This document shows positions 27,149 through 34,563 of a DNA stretch of 64,000 nt, piece after piece (position 1 is the first letter of the stretch; the number at the start of each line of letters is the position of its first letter). The notes below the pieces were generated by a model. It did not search any database. It saw nothing but the letters and a program-made list of their open reading frames with translations, and was not told the DNA's origin. Both the position numbers and the translations under genes were made by a program. This DNA comes from Gemmiger sp. (lineage in GTDB: Bacteria; Bacillota; Clostridia; Oscillospirales; Ruminococcaceae), in the NCBI RefSeq assembly GCF_036306485.1, contig NZ_JAXJZK010000042.1, forward strand, positions 37,951-101,950. The letters are read 5' to 3'.

Positions 27149-28378
27149 TTGGCAAATCTGCAACGACAAATTGATACACTGGTAGCTTATTTTCAATCCC
27201 ACTGCACCAGACCCGGGACCATCCGCCTGGGACTGGAGGTGCAGCATTTTATTACCAAACTGGACAACAGTCCGGTGGATTATGAGCAGCTGCAACATGT
27301 TCTGCACACCATGCAGCGCGTCGAAGATGATCCCCTGCTGGCCGACGGCCTGTATCTGGGGTACCGCAATTCGCTGTACACGGTGTGCCTCGGTCCGGGC
27401 GGCCAGCTGGCCATCCGCATGGCACCGCGCAACAGTGTGCGGGAACTGATGCTGATTTACGAGTCCTGCTACGCAAGACTGTGCACGTCGCTGGCGTCGG
27501 CCGGTATGCGTGCACATACCCTCGGCGTGCATCCTTCCCGCCGGGCGGAACTGCTCCCGATCATCCCGCAAAGCCGCTGGCTGACGCTGGACCGCTATTT
27601 CAAGAACACCGGCGGCCATGGCGGACTGATGCTCCGCGCCACCGCCGCCACCCATGTCTCCATCGACTATTCCAGCGAATCGGATTTTATCCGGAAATAC
27701 CGCGTCGCCAGCCTGATTGTGCCGCTGCTGGCGCTGCTCACCGATAACTCGCCCTTCTACCATGGCTCCACCAATCACGGTTACAGCGTCCGCACCCACG
27801 TCTGGAACGATGTGGACCCGGACCGCTGCGGCATCTATCCCGATGTCATGGATTCCGGCTTCGGCTTCTCGGGCTATGCCAACAAGATTCTGCAAAAACC
27901 GCTTGTCGTGGCGCGCCATGGCAGCCGCATTGTGGGGGTCGGGCGCAAGTCTGCCTTTGAGGTGTACCCCTCGGTGATGGGCAAGGGCGACGTGGAACAG
28001 GTACTGTCCATGTTCTGCTTTGATGTCAGCCTGCAGGACGGGATTGTGCTGCGGGTGGCGGACAGCATGCCGCCCCGTTTTGTGGCGGCCTATGCCCAGC
28101 TGATCAAGACGATCTTCTCCAGCCCGGCGGCACAGGACGGCATCCTGCGCCGGTATGCAGGGGCGGACGCGGCCCAGATCGAGGCCGCCAAACTGGGTGT
28201 CTGCTGCAACGGGTACCAGGCCCAGGTTTACGGCAGGGCGGCCGCCGGAGAAATCAGCTGGCTGATGGCACAGGCCAAGAGCCATGCCGCGGCACCGGAG
28301 GAACGGCGTCTGCTGGAACCGCTGGCCAGCCTGGCGGCCCGCCGCAAGACCATCCGGGAAATCGAACACTACAACTGA
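27149..28378 (+). CDS. Glutamate-cysteine ligase family protein (GshA-like)
   Basis: RLGLEVQHF early motif and overall layout resemble clostridial gamma-glutamylcysteine synthetases. TTG 27149 follows GAAGGAGG. The alternative ATG 27110 has no RBS. Confidence 0.5.
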   Translation: MANLQRQIDTLVAYFQSHCTRPGTIRLGLEVQHFITKLDNSPVDYEQLQHVLHTMQRVEDDPLLADGLYLGYRNSLYTVCLGPGGQLAIRMAPRNSVRELMLIYESCYARLCTSLASAGMRAHTLGVHPSRRAELLPIIPQSRWLTLDRYFKNTGGHGGLMLRATAATHVSIDYSSESDFIRKYRVASLIVPLLALLTDNSPFYHGSTNHGYSVRTHVWNDVDPDRCGIYPDVMDSGFGFSGYANKILQKPLVVARHGSRIVGVGRKSAFEVYPSVMGKGDVEQVLSMFCFDVSLQDGIVLRVADSMPPRFVAAYAQLIKTIFSSPAAQDGILRRYAGADAAQIEAAKLGVCCNGYQAQVYGRAAAGEISWLMAQAKSHAAAPEERRLLEPLASLAARRKTIREIEHYN

Positions 28379-28442
28379 ATGATGTATGAATCTGTCCGCT
28401 GTGCGAAATACTAATCCCAAGAATTGTGGGAGGGGGCGCAGT

Positions 28443-28964
28443 ATGCGGCAGACATCCTATCATGCCGTGATTGCCGAGATGACGGTCCGTGCGCTGTGGG
28501 AGACCCAGAACGTGCTGGACTGCATTCCCGATGAAATCTGGAACGACCTGTATGGCGGGGCACCGCTCTGGCAGCATGTCTATCATATGCTGCATGAGCT
28601 GGACCAGTGGTTCATCAATCCCCGGGACCGGGACTTTGTCGAACCGCCCATCCATGAACCCCGGCTGCAGGACCTGCAGATCTACCCGGCATCGCGGCTG
28701 GACCGTGCGCAGGTGGGGGAGTACTTCTACACCATCAAGGCCAAGCTCTCGCTCTATCTCACGTCGCTTCACGACGAAGACCTTCTTCAGTGCCCGGAAA
28801 ACTGTGAATGGACCCGGTTCACCCTGATTCTGGCGCAGTACCGGCACTGGCACCTTCACCTCGGAATGCTGATGGGGTTTGTGCAGGCGGCCACCGGGCT
28901 CTGCCCGCGTACCCTGACGCTGGAGGAGGAGATCCCGCGCAGTCCTTATGATCCCTACGAATAA
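28443..28964 (+). CDS. DinB-superfamily protein (possible thiol S-transferase-like four-helix bundle)
   Basis: His-rich helices HVYHMLHELDQW and YRHWHLHLGML resemble the DinB/YfiT metal triad. ATG follows GGGAGGGGG. Confidence 0.55.
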   Translation: MRQTSYHAVIAEMTVRALWETQNVLDCIPDEIWNDLYGGAPLWQHVYHMLHELDQWFINPRDRDFVEPPIHEPRLQDLQIYPASRLDRAQVGEYFYTIKAKLSLYLTSLHDEDLLQCPENCEWTRFTLILAQYRHWHLHLGMLMGFVQAATGLCPRTLTLEEEIPRSPYDPYE

Positions 28965-28978
28965 AGGAGCGCGTATCC

Positions 28979-29470
28979 ATGAAAAGGCATCTGCTTGTGC
29001 CGCTGCTCTGTCTGGCGGTGCTGCTGACCGGCTGCAAGCCGTCCGAAGAAGTGGTCTGGCAGACGACGCTGGACAATACCGGGACCCAGGTCCGGCTCTC
29101 CAACTGTACCGTACAGACGGCCGATGTCAACTATCGGTTCCTGTCGGGTCAGACCTATACCGAACAGCAGGTTCTTTGCCTCTATGCACAGGAGGGCGCG
29201 CCGGTTCTCTGGATTGACGCACCGAAATCCCAGATTGAGGTTACTTTTGCGGACGCTGCCGGGGACGGCTTCGCGCTGTATGAAAAAGCGCTCCCGGTGG
29301 AACAGGTGGACATGATTCCCACCGAGCTGCCCGACGGTACCACGGAATACCGGTTCGATACCATCTACAATTTCGCAATCACCGTCACGGACGGGGAGAA
29401 GACCGATCGGCTTCTTCTTTCCTGCTCGCGGGACGGCTATAATGAAAAAAATCCCGCCGCCGCAGGCTGA
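28979..29470 (+). CDS. Lipoprotein of unknown function
   Basis: Signal peptide with lipobox LLTGC. RBS AAAGGAG. Confidence 0.7.
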   Translation: MKRHLLVPLLCLAVLLTGCKPSEEVVWQTTLDNTGTQVRLSNCTVQTADVNYRFLSGQTYTEQQVLCLYAQEGAPVLWIDAPKSQIEVTFADAAGDGFALYEKALPVEQVDMIPTELPDGTTEYRFDTIYNFAITVTDGEKTDRLLLSCSRDGYNEKNPAAAG

Positions 29471-29499
29471 TCGGACAGCCCGCAGCGGCGGGATTTTTG
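29444..29499. terminator. Bidirectional terminator between the lipoprotein gene (+) and mscS (-)
   Basis: Stem ATCCCGCCGC / GCGGCGGGAT flanked by AAAAAAA and TTTTT. Confidence 0.6.
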
Positions 29500-29507
29500 T
29501 TGGACAA

Positions 29508-30605
29508 TCAGGGGTTGTTGGATTCCGGAACACTTTCCAGATAGACGCTTGTGGAGGGGAAGGCAAAAGCGCAGTGATCCTGCTCCATCAGGTCCATGAT
29601 GGTCAGGTTCAGCCGGCTCTTGAGCGCCAGATACTCCGGATAGGCCAGCGCCGTCACATAACAGCGCACCAGCAGATCAATGCTCGACGCCCCGAACTCC
29701 GAAACCGTCACCGACACGGTGTCGGAGCGGATCTGGGCATCGTGGCGGAGCAGCTCGGTCAGATCGGCAATCAGCTTTTCAATCTGGGGACGGGTTGTGT
29801 CGTAGGTGACGCCGATGGTGAACTGCCACAGACGGCTGCTCCGCTCCGTCACGTTCTGGATGTACTCACTGCAGACCTTGGAATTCTCGACCGTGATAAC
29901 CACCTGATCGGGGGTGCGCAGCTTGGTGGAACGGAAGGAGATCTCCTCCACGGTCCCCTCAAAGGTCCCGAGCGAGATGTAATCCCCGATGCCGAACGGC
30001 CGCTCCAGCACGAGCGTCACGCCGGCAATGAGATTGGAGAGGGTGGACTGTGCGGCCAGCGAAACGGCAAGACCTGCAATCCCGGCGCCGGTGATGATGC
30101 CGCCCACCGGAATCCCGAACAGCTCCATGATGGACAGAACCGCCAGCAGCGCGATCAGAGCGCGGTAGATCTTCTCGAAAAAGCGGATCATCGTCTTGTT
30201 GCTGTTGAGGTCCAGCTTGTTCTGCGCACTGCGCAGCAGCAGGTGACACAGCCCGGCCGAGCGCCACATGCCCCATGCCAGCAGGGCAATCACGCAGGCG
30301 GTGTAGAGCCGCCAGGAGGTTGCCAGGACAATGGATGTGGGCCAGGGCAGCGGCAGGGCAATCACCGCCAGCAGCAGGAGCGTGCAGCGCAGCAACAGCA
30401 GCAGCGGTGCCTGGAACCCGTCGTTGATGATGCAGAACCATTCCGGTGCAAACCGGTTCAGTGTGACGTGCAGCCGGTCGGTCAGCCGGCGCAGCAGCCG
30501 GGTTCCGAAGACGGCACACAGCAAAAGAATCCCTGCCAGCCCCAGACGCAGCCAGATACTGTTGGTGTTGGCAAACAGGATAAAGCTTCCCAGAAATTCA
30601 CCCAT
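29508..30605 (-). CDS. mscS: Mechanosensitive ion channel (MscS family)
   Basis: Pore-helix/beta-domain signature GIAGLAVSLAAQSTLSNLIAGVTLVLERPFGIGDYI. The ATG at 30605 follows GAAAGGAG and is preferred to 30632. Confidence 0.85.
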   Translation of the reverse strand: MGEFLGSFILFANTNSIWLRLGLAGILLLCAVFGTRLLRRLTDRLHVTLNRFAPEWFCIINDGFQAPLLLLLRCTLLLLAVIALPLPWPTSIVLATSWRLYTACVIALLAWGMWRSAGLCHLLLRSAQNKLDLNSNKTMIRFFEKIYRALIALLAVLSIMELFGIPVGGIITGAGIAGLAVSLAAQSTLSNLIAGVTLVLERPFGIGDYISLGTFEGTVEEISFRSTKLRTPDQVVITVENSKVCSEYIQNVTERSSRLWQFTIGVTYDTTRPQIEKLIADLTELLRHDAQIRSDTVSVTVSEFGASSIDLLVRCYVTALAYPEYLALKSRLNLTIMDLMEQDHCAFAFPSTSVYLESVPESNNP

Positions 30606-30650
30606 GGAAAATCTCCTTTCCCCGAATTGCATTCATTATACCATATCCTA

Positions 30651-30678
30651 TTGCAATTTGTAAAACCTGTGCTATACT
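30651..30678 (+). promoter_or_regulatory. Sigma-70-type promoter for the FMN riboswitch and ribU
   Basis: TTGCAA, 16 nt, TATACT. Confidence 0.55.
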
Positions 30679-30684
30679 ATTGCC

Positions 30685-30812
30685 TAGAAAGTCTGTTTCA
30701 GGGCGGGGTGCAATTCCCCACCGGCGGTAAAGCCCGCGACCAACTGCCTTGCAGTTGCTGATTCGGTGAAACTCCGAAGCCGACGGTATAGTCCGGATGG
30801 TAGAAACGGAAA
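30685..30812 (+). promoter_or_regulatory. FMN riboswitch (RFN element)
   Basis: Conserved core AGGGCGGGGTGCAATTCCCCACCGGCGGTAAAGCCCGCGA ... GGTGAAACTCCGAAGCCGACGGTATAGTCCGGATG. Confidence 0.9.
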
Positions 30813-30833
30813 GCTTTTGCTATTGCTGTTTTT

Positions 30834-30877
30834 ATGCCCTGTTGCATGGTATCCCATGTCAGCAGGGCATTTTTTTG
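30834..30877 (+). terminator. Expression-platform terminator of the FMN riboswitch
   Basis: Stem ATGCCCTG / CAGGGCAT followed by TTTTTTT, located upstream of the ribU start. Confidence 0.75.
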
Positions 30878-30956
30878 TGTGGCAGAGCCTCCCGCTGCGG
30901 CTGTGACCGGCTTTCAACAGAATAATTTGGGCAAAACGCCCGGGAGGTACTTTTGT

Positions 30957-31553
30957 ATGCAAACCAGAAACCACATTCGCGAACTCACCGTCACGGCCAT
31001 GCTTGGCGCCGTGGCCACCGTGCTGATGTTCCTGGACTTCAGCCTGCCGATGATCATCCCCAGCTTTGTCAAGATGGACGTGTCGGAGCTGCCGGCCCTG
31101 CTGGCATCCTTCAGCCTCGGCCCCGTCAGCGGCATTGCGGTCTGCCTGATCAAGAACCTGCTGGATGTCCTCTTCCATGGCACGACCAACGGTATCGGTG
31201 AGGTGTGCAATTTCCTGCTCGGCGCCGTCTTTGTGGGCGTGGCCGGCTTCATGTATCGCCGCAAGAAGAGCCGCAAAATGGCGGTTCTTGCCTGCCTGGT
31301 CGGGTCGGTTGCAATGGCTATCGTCAGCGTGCCGGTCAACTATTACCTTACCTATCCGGTCTATGCCAGCATGTTCGGCGGCATTGACCTGATCATTGCA
31401 GCGTATCAGGAGATCAACCCCGGCGTCAACGGCCTGCTGGAATGCTTGCTGATCTTCAATCTGCCCTTCACACTGGTCAAGGGACTTCTGGACTCGGTCA
31501 TCTGCTTTGCAATCTATAAGCCTCTTTCCCCGATCCTCCACGGCCGGCACTGA
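30957..31553 (+). CDS. ribU: ECF-transporter S component for riboflavin (RibU)
   Basis: Six-TM protein, LTVTAMLGAVATVLMFLDF... and NLPFTLVKGLLD. It is preceded by the FMN riboswitch. ATG follows GGGAGG. Confidence 0.8.
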   Translation: MQTRNHIRELTVTAMLGAVATVLMFLDFSLPMIIPSFVKMDVSELPALLASFSLGPVSGIAVCLIKNLLDVLFHGTTNGIGEVCNFLLGAVFVGVAGFMYRRKKSRKMAVLACLVGSVAMAIVSVPVNYYLTYPVYASMFGGIDLIIAAYQEINPGVNGLLECLLIFNLPFTLVKGLLDSVICFAIYKPLSPILHGRH

Positions 31554-31600
31554 AATGACAGAACTTGTGCAGTTTTGACAAACTGTACAATCGGACATCG

Positions 31601-31629
31601 TTGACTCTGACGAATGACTGTGATAGTAT
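31601..31629 (+). promoter_or_regulatory. Sigma-70-type promoter for the SAM riboswitch and metK
   Basis: TTGACT, 17 nt, TAGTAT. Confidence 0.5.
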
Positions 31630-31654
31630 AAGTACCGTTACATCAGAATAGCAA

Positions 31655-31749
31655 CTTATCAAGAGCGGCAGAGGGAACAGGCCCTGTGAAGCCCGACAAC
31701 CTACGCGAGAGCGCAAGGTGCCAATTCCTGCGGGGAACCGAAAGATAAG
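31655..31749 (+). promoter_or_regulatory. SAM-I riboswitch (S-box)
   Basis: CTTATCAAGAGCGGCAGAGGGAACAGGCCCTGTGAAGCCCGACAACC ... AAGGTGCCAATTCCTGC ... GAAAGATAAG. Confidence 0.9.
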
Positions 31750-31754
31750 CGTTT

Positions 31755-31787
31755 GGCACGCGCTTGCAATTCGGCGCGTGCTTTTTT
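31755..31787 (+). terminator. Expression-platform terminator of the SAM riboswitch
   Basis: Stem GGCACGCGC / GCGCGTGC followed by TTTTTT. Confidence 0.75.
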
Positions 31788-31832
31788 GTTCTCAGCAAGT
31801 TGCCTTTCTGAATCAAAATAGGAGGCAGCATT

Positions 31833-32984
31833 ATGTCCAAAGTTCTATTTACGTCCGAATCCGTCACCGAGGGGCATCCCGACAAAATCTGCGACCAGAT
31901 TTCCGATGCCATTCTGGATGCTATCCTGGAAAAAGACCCCGGTGCCCGCGTCGCCTGTGAGACGACCTGCTCCACCGGCCTCGTCCACATCATGGGCGAG
32001 ATCACGACCAACTGCTATGTGGATATTCCGGCCGTGGCCCGCGGTGTCATCCGCGACATCGGGTATGACCGCGCCAAGTATGGCTTTGACTGCGACACCT
32101 GCGGAATCATCACCAACATTGACGGCCAGAGCCCCGACATTGCGCTGGGCACCAACGATGAGGTGGCCGGTGCCGGCGACCAGGGAATGATGTTCGGTTA
32201 TGCCTGCAACGAGACCCCCGAACTGATGCCGCTGCCGATCAGCCTGGCACACAAACTCGCCAAGCGGCTGACCGAGGTCCGCAAGAACGGCACGCTGGAG
32301 TATCTGCGCCCGGACGGCAAGAGCCAGGTGACTGTTGAATATCAGGACGGCAAACCGGTGCGTGTTGACGCGGTGGTCATTTCCAGCCAGCACAGCCCCA
32401 ATGTCAGCCAGGAAAAGCTCCATGCCGATATTCTGGAACAGGTCATCCGCACCACCATCCCGGCCGAGCTGCTGGATGAGAACACCAAGTATTTCATCAA
32501 TCCGACCGGCCGCTTTGTCGTCGGCGGCCCGCAGGGCGATACCGGCCTGACCGGCCGCAAGATCATCGTGGATACCTACGGCGGCTATGCGCGCCACGGC
32601 GGCGGTGCGTTCAGCGGCAAGGACCCCAGCAAGGTGGACCGCTCGGCGGCCTACGCAGCCCGCTGGGTGGCCAAGAATGTGGTCGCAGCCGGCCTTGCCG
32701 ATCAGTGCGAGGTGGAGCTGGCCTACGCCATCGGCGTGGCGGAACCGGTTTCCGTCATGGTGGAGACCTTCGGCACCGGCACGGTGGACCAGGACAAACT
32801 CCAGGCGGCGGTGCGCAAGGTGTTTGATCTGCGCCCGGCGGCCATCATCCGCGACCTGGATCTGCGCAAGCCGATCTACCGCAAACTCGCAGCCTACGGC
32901 CAGATGGGCCGCGAGGATCTCGGTGTGAAGTGGGAAAATACCGACCGCGTCGAGGCTCTGAAGGCTGCGCTGGCAGAATTGTAA
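31833..32984 (+). CDS. metK: S-adenosylmethionine synthase
   Basis: N-terminal [20 protein letters not shown] and [10 protein letters not shown]. Full-length, 383 aa. Confidence 0.97.
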   Translation: MSKVLFTSESVTEGHPDKICDQISDAILDAILEKDPGARVACETTCSTGLVHIMGEITTNCYVDIPAVARGVIRDIGYDRAKYGFDCDTCGIITNIDGQSPDIALGTNDEVAGAGDQGMMFGYACNETPELMPLPISLAHKLAKRLTEVRKNGTLEYLRPDGKSQVTVEYQDGKPVRVDAVVISSQHSPNVSQEKLHADILEQVIRTTIPAELLDENTKYFINPTGRFVVGGPQGDTGLTGRKIIVDTYGGYARHGGGAFSGKDPSKVDRSAAYAARWVAKNVVAAGLADQCEVELAYAIGVAEPVSVMVETFGTGTVDQDKLQAAVRKVFDLRPAAIIRDLDLRKPIYRKLAAYGQMGREDLGVKWENTDRVEALKAALAEL

Positions 32985-33004
32985 AAAAGTTTCAGAATGA
33001 AACA

Positions 33005-33047
33005 AAAGCCCCGGCCCGGGAATTACATCCCGGGCCGGGGTCTTTGC
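33005..33047 (+). terminator. Terminator after metK
   Basis: 12-bp stem CCCCGGCCCGGG / CCCGGGCCGGGG followed by a T-rich stretch. Confidence 0.65.
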
Positions 33048-33103
33048 TTGCCCTTGCAAAACGCCCCATAAAACTGTATAATATTTTGCATAAAAATTAC
33101 CAG

Positions 33104-33832
33104 ATGGGGATGGGGATATTGTTAGGTACAATCGTGAATGCGGCGGCCATTGTGGCGGGCGGCGGTGCAGGACTGCTTGTGAAGAAGGGAATCCCAGCGC
33201 ACCTGGAGCGGGCGCTGCATCAGGCCATGGGTCTGGCGGTGATCGTCATCGGCATGAACGGCGTCATCACCAACATGGTCACAGCCAATGCGGACGGCAC
33301 GCTTTCCTCCTCGGGGGAACTGGTGCTCGTGTTCAGTCTCGTGCTCGGCGTTCTGGCGGGGGAGACCCTCCGGATTGAGGAGCATCTGTCCAGCCTCTCC
33401 GACCTGGTGGAGAAGCGTCTGCATCTGACCGGTTTCGCCGCCAGCTTTGTGAACGGCACACTCATCTATTGTGTCGGCGCCATGGCCATCATCGGTGCCA
33501 TCGACGACGGCCTGCGCGGCAATGCGAGCGTGCTGCTGGTCAAAAGTACGCTGGACGGCATCTCGAGCATTGTTCTCGGCGCGACGATGGGCCCCGGCGT
33601 GATTTTCGCCTGTATCCCGGTGATGCTCTATCAGGGCAGCATCTCGCTGCTGGCGGGAGTTCTGGCGCCGGTGCTTCAGGGAACGCTGCTGCACCAGCTC
33701 TGCGCGGTCGGATATGTCCTGGTTGCCTGCATCGGCGTCAACTTTCTCGGAACCTTCCATATCAAAACGGCCAACTTCCTGCCCGCTCTCCTCGTGCCGC
33801 CGGTCTGGGCGGCGCTCTCGGCACTGCTGTGA
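33104..33832 (+). CDS. DUF554-family membrane protein
   Basis: N-terminus GILLGTIVNAAAIVAGGGAGLL is typical of DUF554. Promoter TTGCAA, 17 nt, TATAAT lies at 33054-33082. Confidence 0.65.
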   Translation: MGMGILLGTIVNAAAIVAGGGAGLLVKKGIPAHLERALHQAMGLAVIVIGMNGVITNMVTANADGTLSSSGELVLVFSLVLGVLAGETLRIEEHLSSLSDLVEKRLHLTGFAASFVNGTLIYCVGAMAIIGAIDDGLRGNASVLLVKSTLDGISSIVLGATMGPGVIFACIPVMLYQGSISLLAGVLAPVLQGTLLHQLCAVGYVLVACIGVNFLGTFHIKTANFLPALLVPPVWAALSALL

Positions 33833-33850
33833 CACCGGTTCTGTATCATA

Positions 33851-33890
33851 AAAAGGAAGCTCTTTCCTGTCGGGAAGGGCTTCCTTTTTT
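33851..33890. terminator. Bidirectional terminator between the DUF554 gene (+) and the kinase-like ATPase gene (-)
   Basis: Stem AAGGAAGC...GCTTCCTT flanked by AAAA and TTTTTT. Confidence 0.6.
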
Positions 33891-34404
33891 ATTGCAGTCC
33901 CAGGGACCGGGCATATCGGTCCAGCTCCCGCTGGTTGTGCAGGATCACCAGCTTTTCGGGATAGCGGTTCCGGACATCCCGGTAACTCCGGGTCCGTTTG
34001 CCGGTCCGGCTGTCCCAGAGCACCCAGCGCAGAAACTCGGCATCCAGCTTTTCGGGACAGCCCGGCGCCATATCCTCCCGGGTCCGGCCGCGATACCGGC
34101 GATACCGGCGCCAGAGGCGGAACAGACAATTCACCCGGTTGAAGGCCAGCAGCACAATCTGGTCCGCCTCCGCCATCCGCCGTTCATACAGCAGGTTGGT
34201 GTAGTTGCCGTCTATGACCCAATCGGCGTTCCGGTCCAGAAATTCCCGGGTCATGGCGAGCTTTTCCGGCCCGGTCCGTTCCTTCCAGCCGGGAAGAAAC
34301 TGTATCTGATCAAAGTGAAGAACCGGAATGTTAAATTTTTTTGCCAGAGCCTGCGCCAGGGTGGACTTTCCACTGCCGGAAAACCCGATGATTGCAATTT
34401 TCAT
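33889..34404 (-). CDS. Adenylate-kinase-like P-loop protein (topology-modulation / FlaR-like family)
   Basis: N-terminus MKIAIIGFSGSGKSTLA. 171 aa. RBS AAAGAGGA. The longer ORF up to 34779 has no support. Confidence 0.65.
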   Translation of the reverse strand: MKIAIIGFSGSGKSTLAQALAKKFNIPVLHFDQIQFLPGWKERTGPEKLAMTREFLDRNADWVIDGNYTNLLYERRMAEADQIVLLAFNRVNCLFRLWRRYRRYRGRTREDMAPGCPEKLDAEFLRWVLWDSRTGKRTRSYRDVRNRYPEKLVILHNQRELDRYARSLGLQ

Positions 34405-34483
34405 AAGTCCTCTTTTCGCAGCTGCGTAAAAAACAGAAAACGGTTTCCTTATCATAGCGAAAAGCGCCAAAAAAGTCAACGGT

Positions 34484-34512
34484 TTGCCAAACACGGACAA
34501 ATGGGCTATAAT
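34484..34512 (+). promoter_or_regulatory. Sigma-70-type promoter for recD2
   Basis: TTGCCA, 17 nt, TATAAT. Confidence 0.55.
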
Positions 34513-34563
34513 AAATAGGATAATTTGGGACACTGTGTCCTGTCGGGAAAGGAGGAGCGCTGC

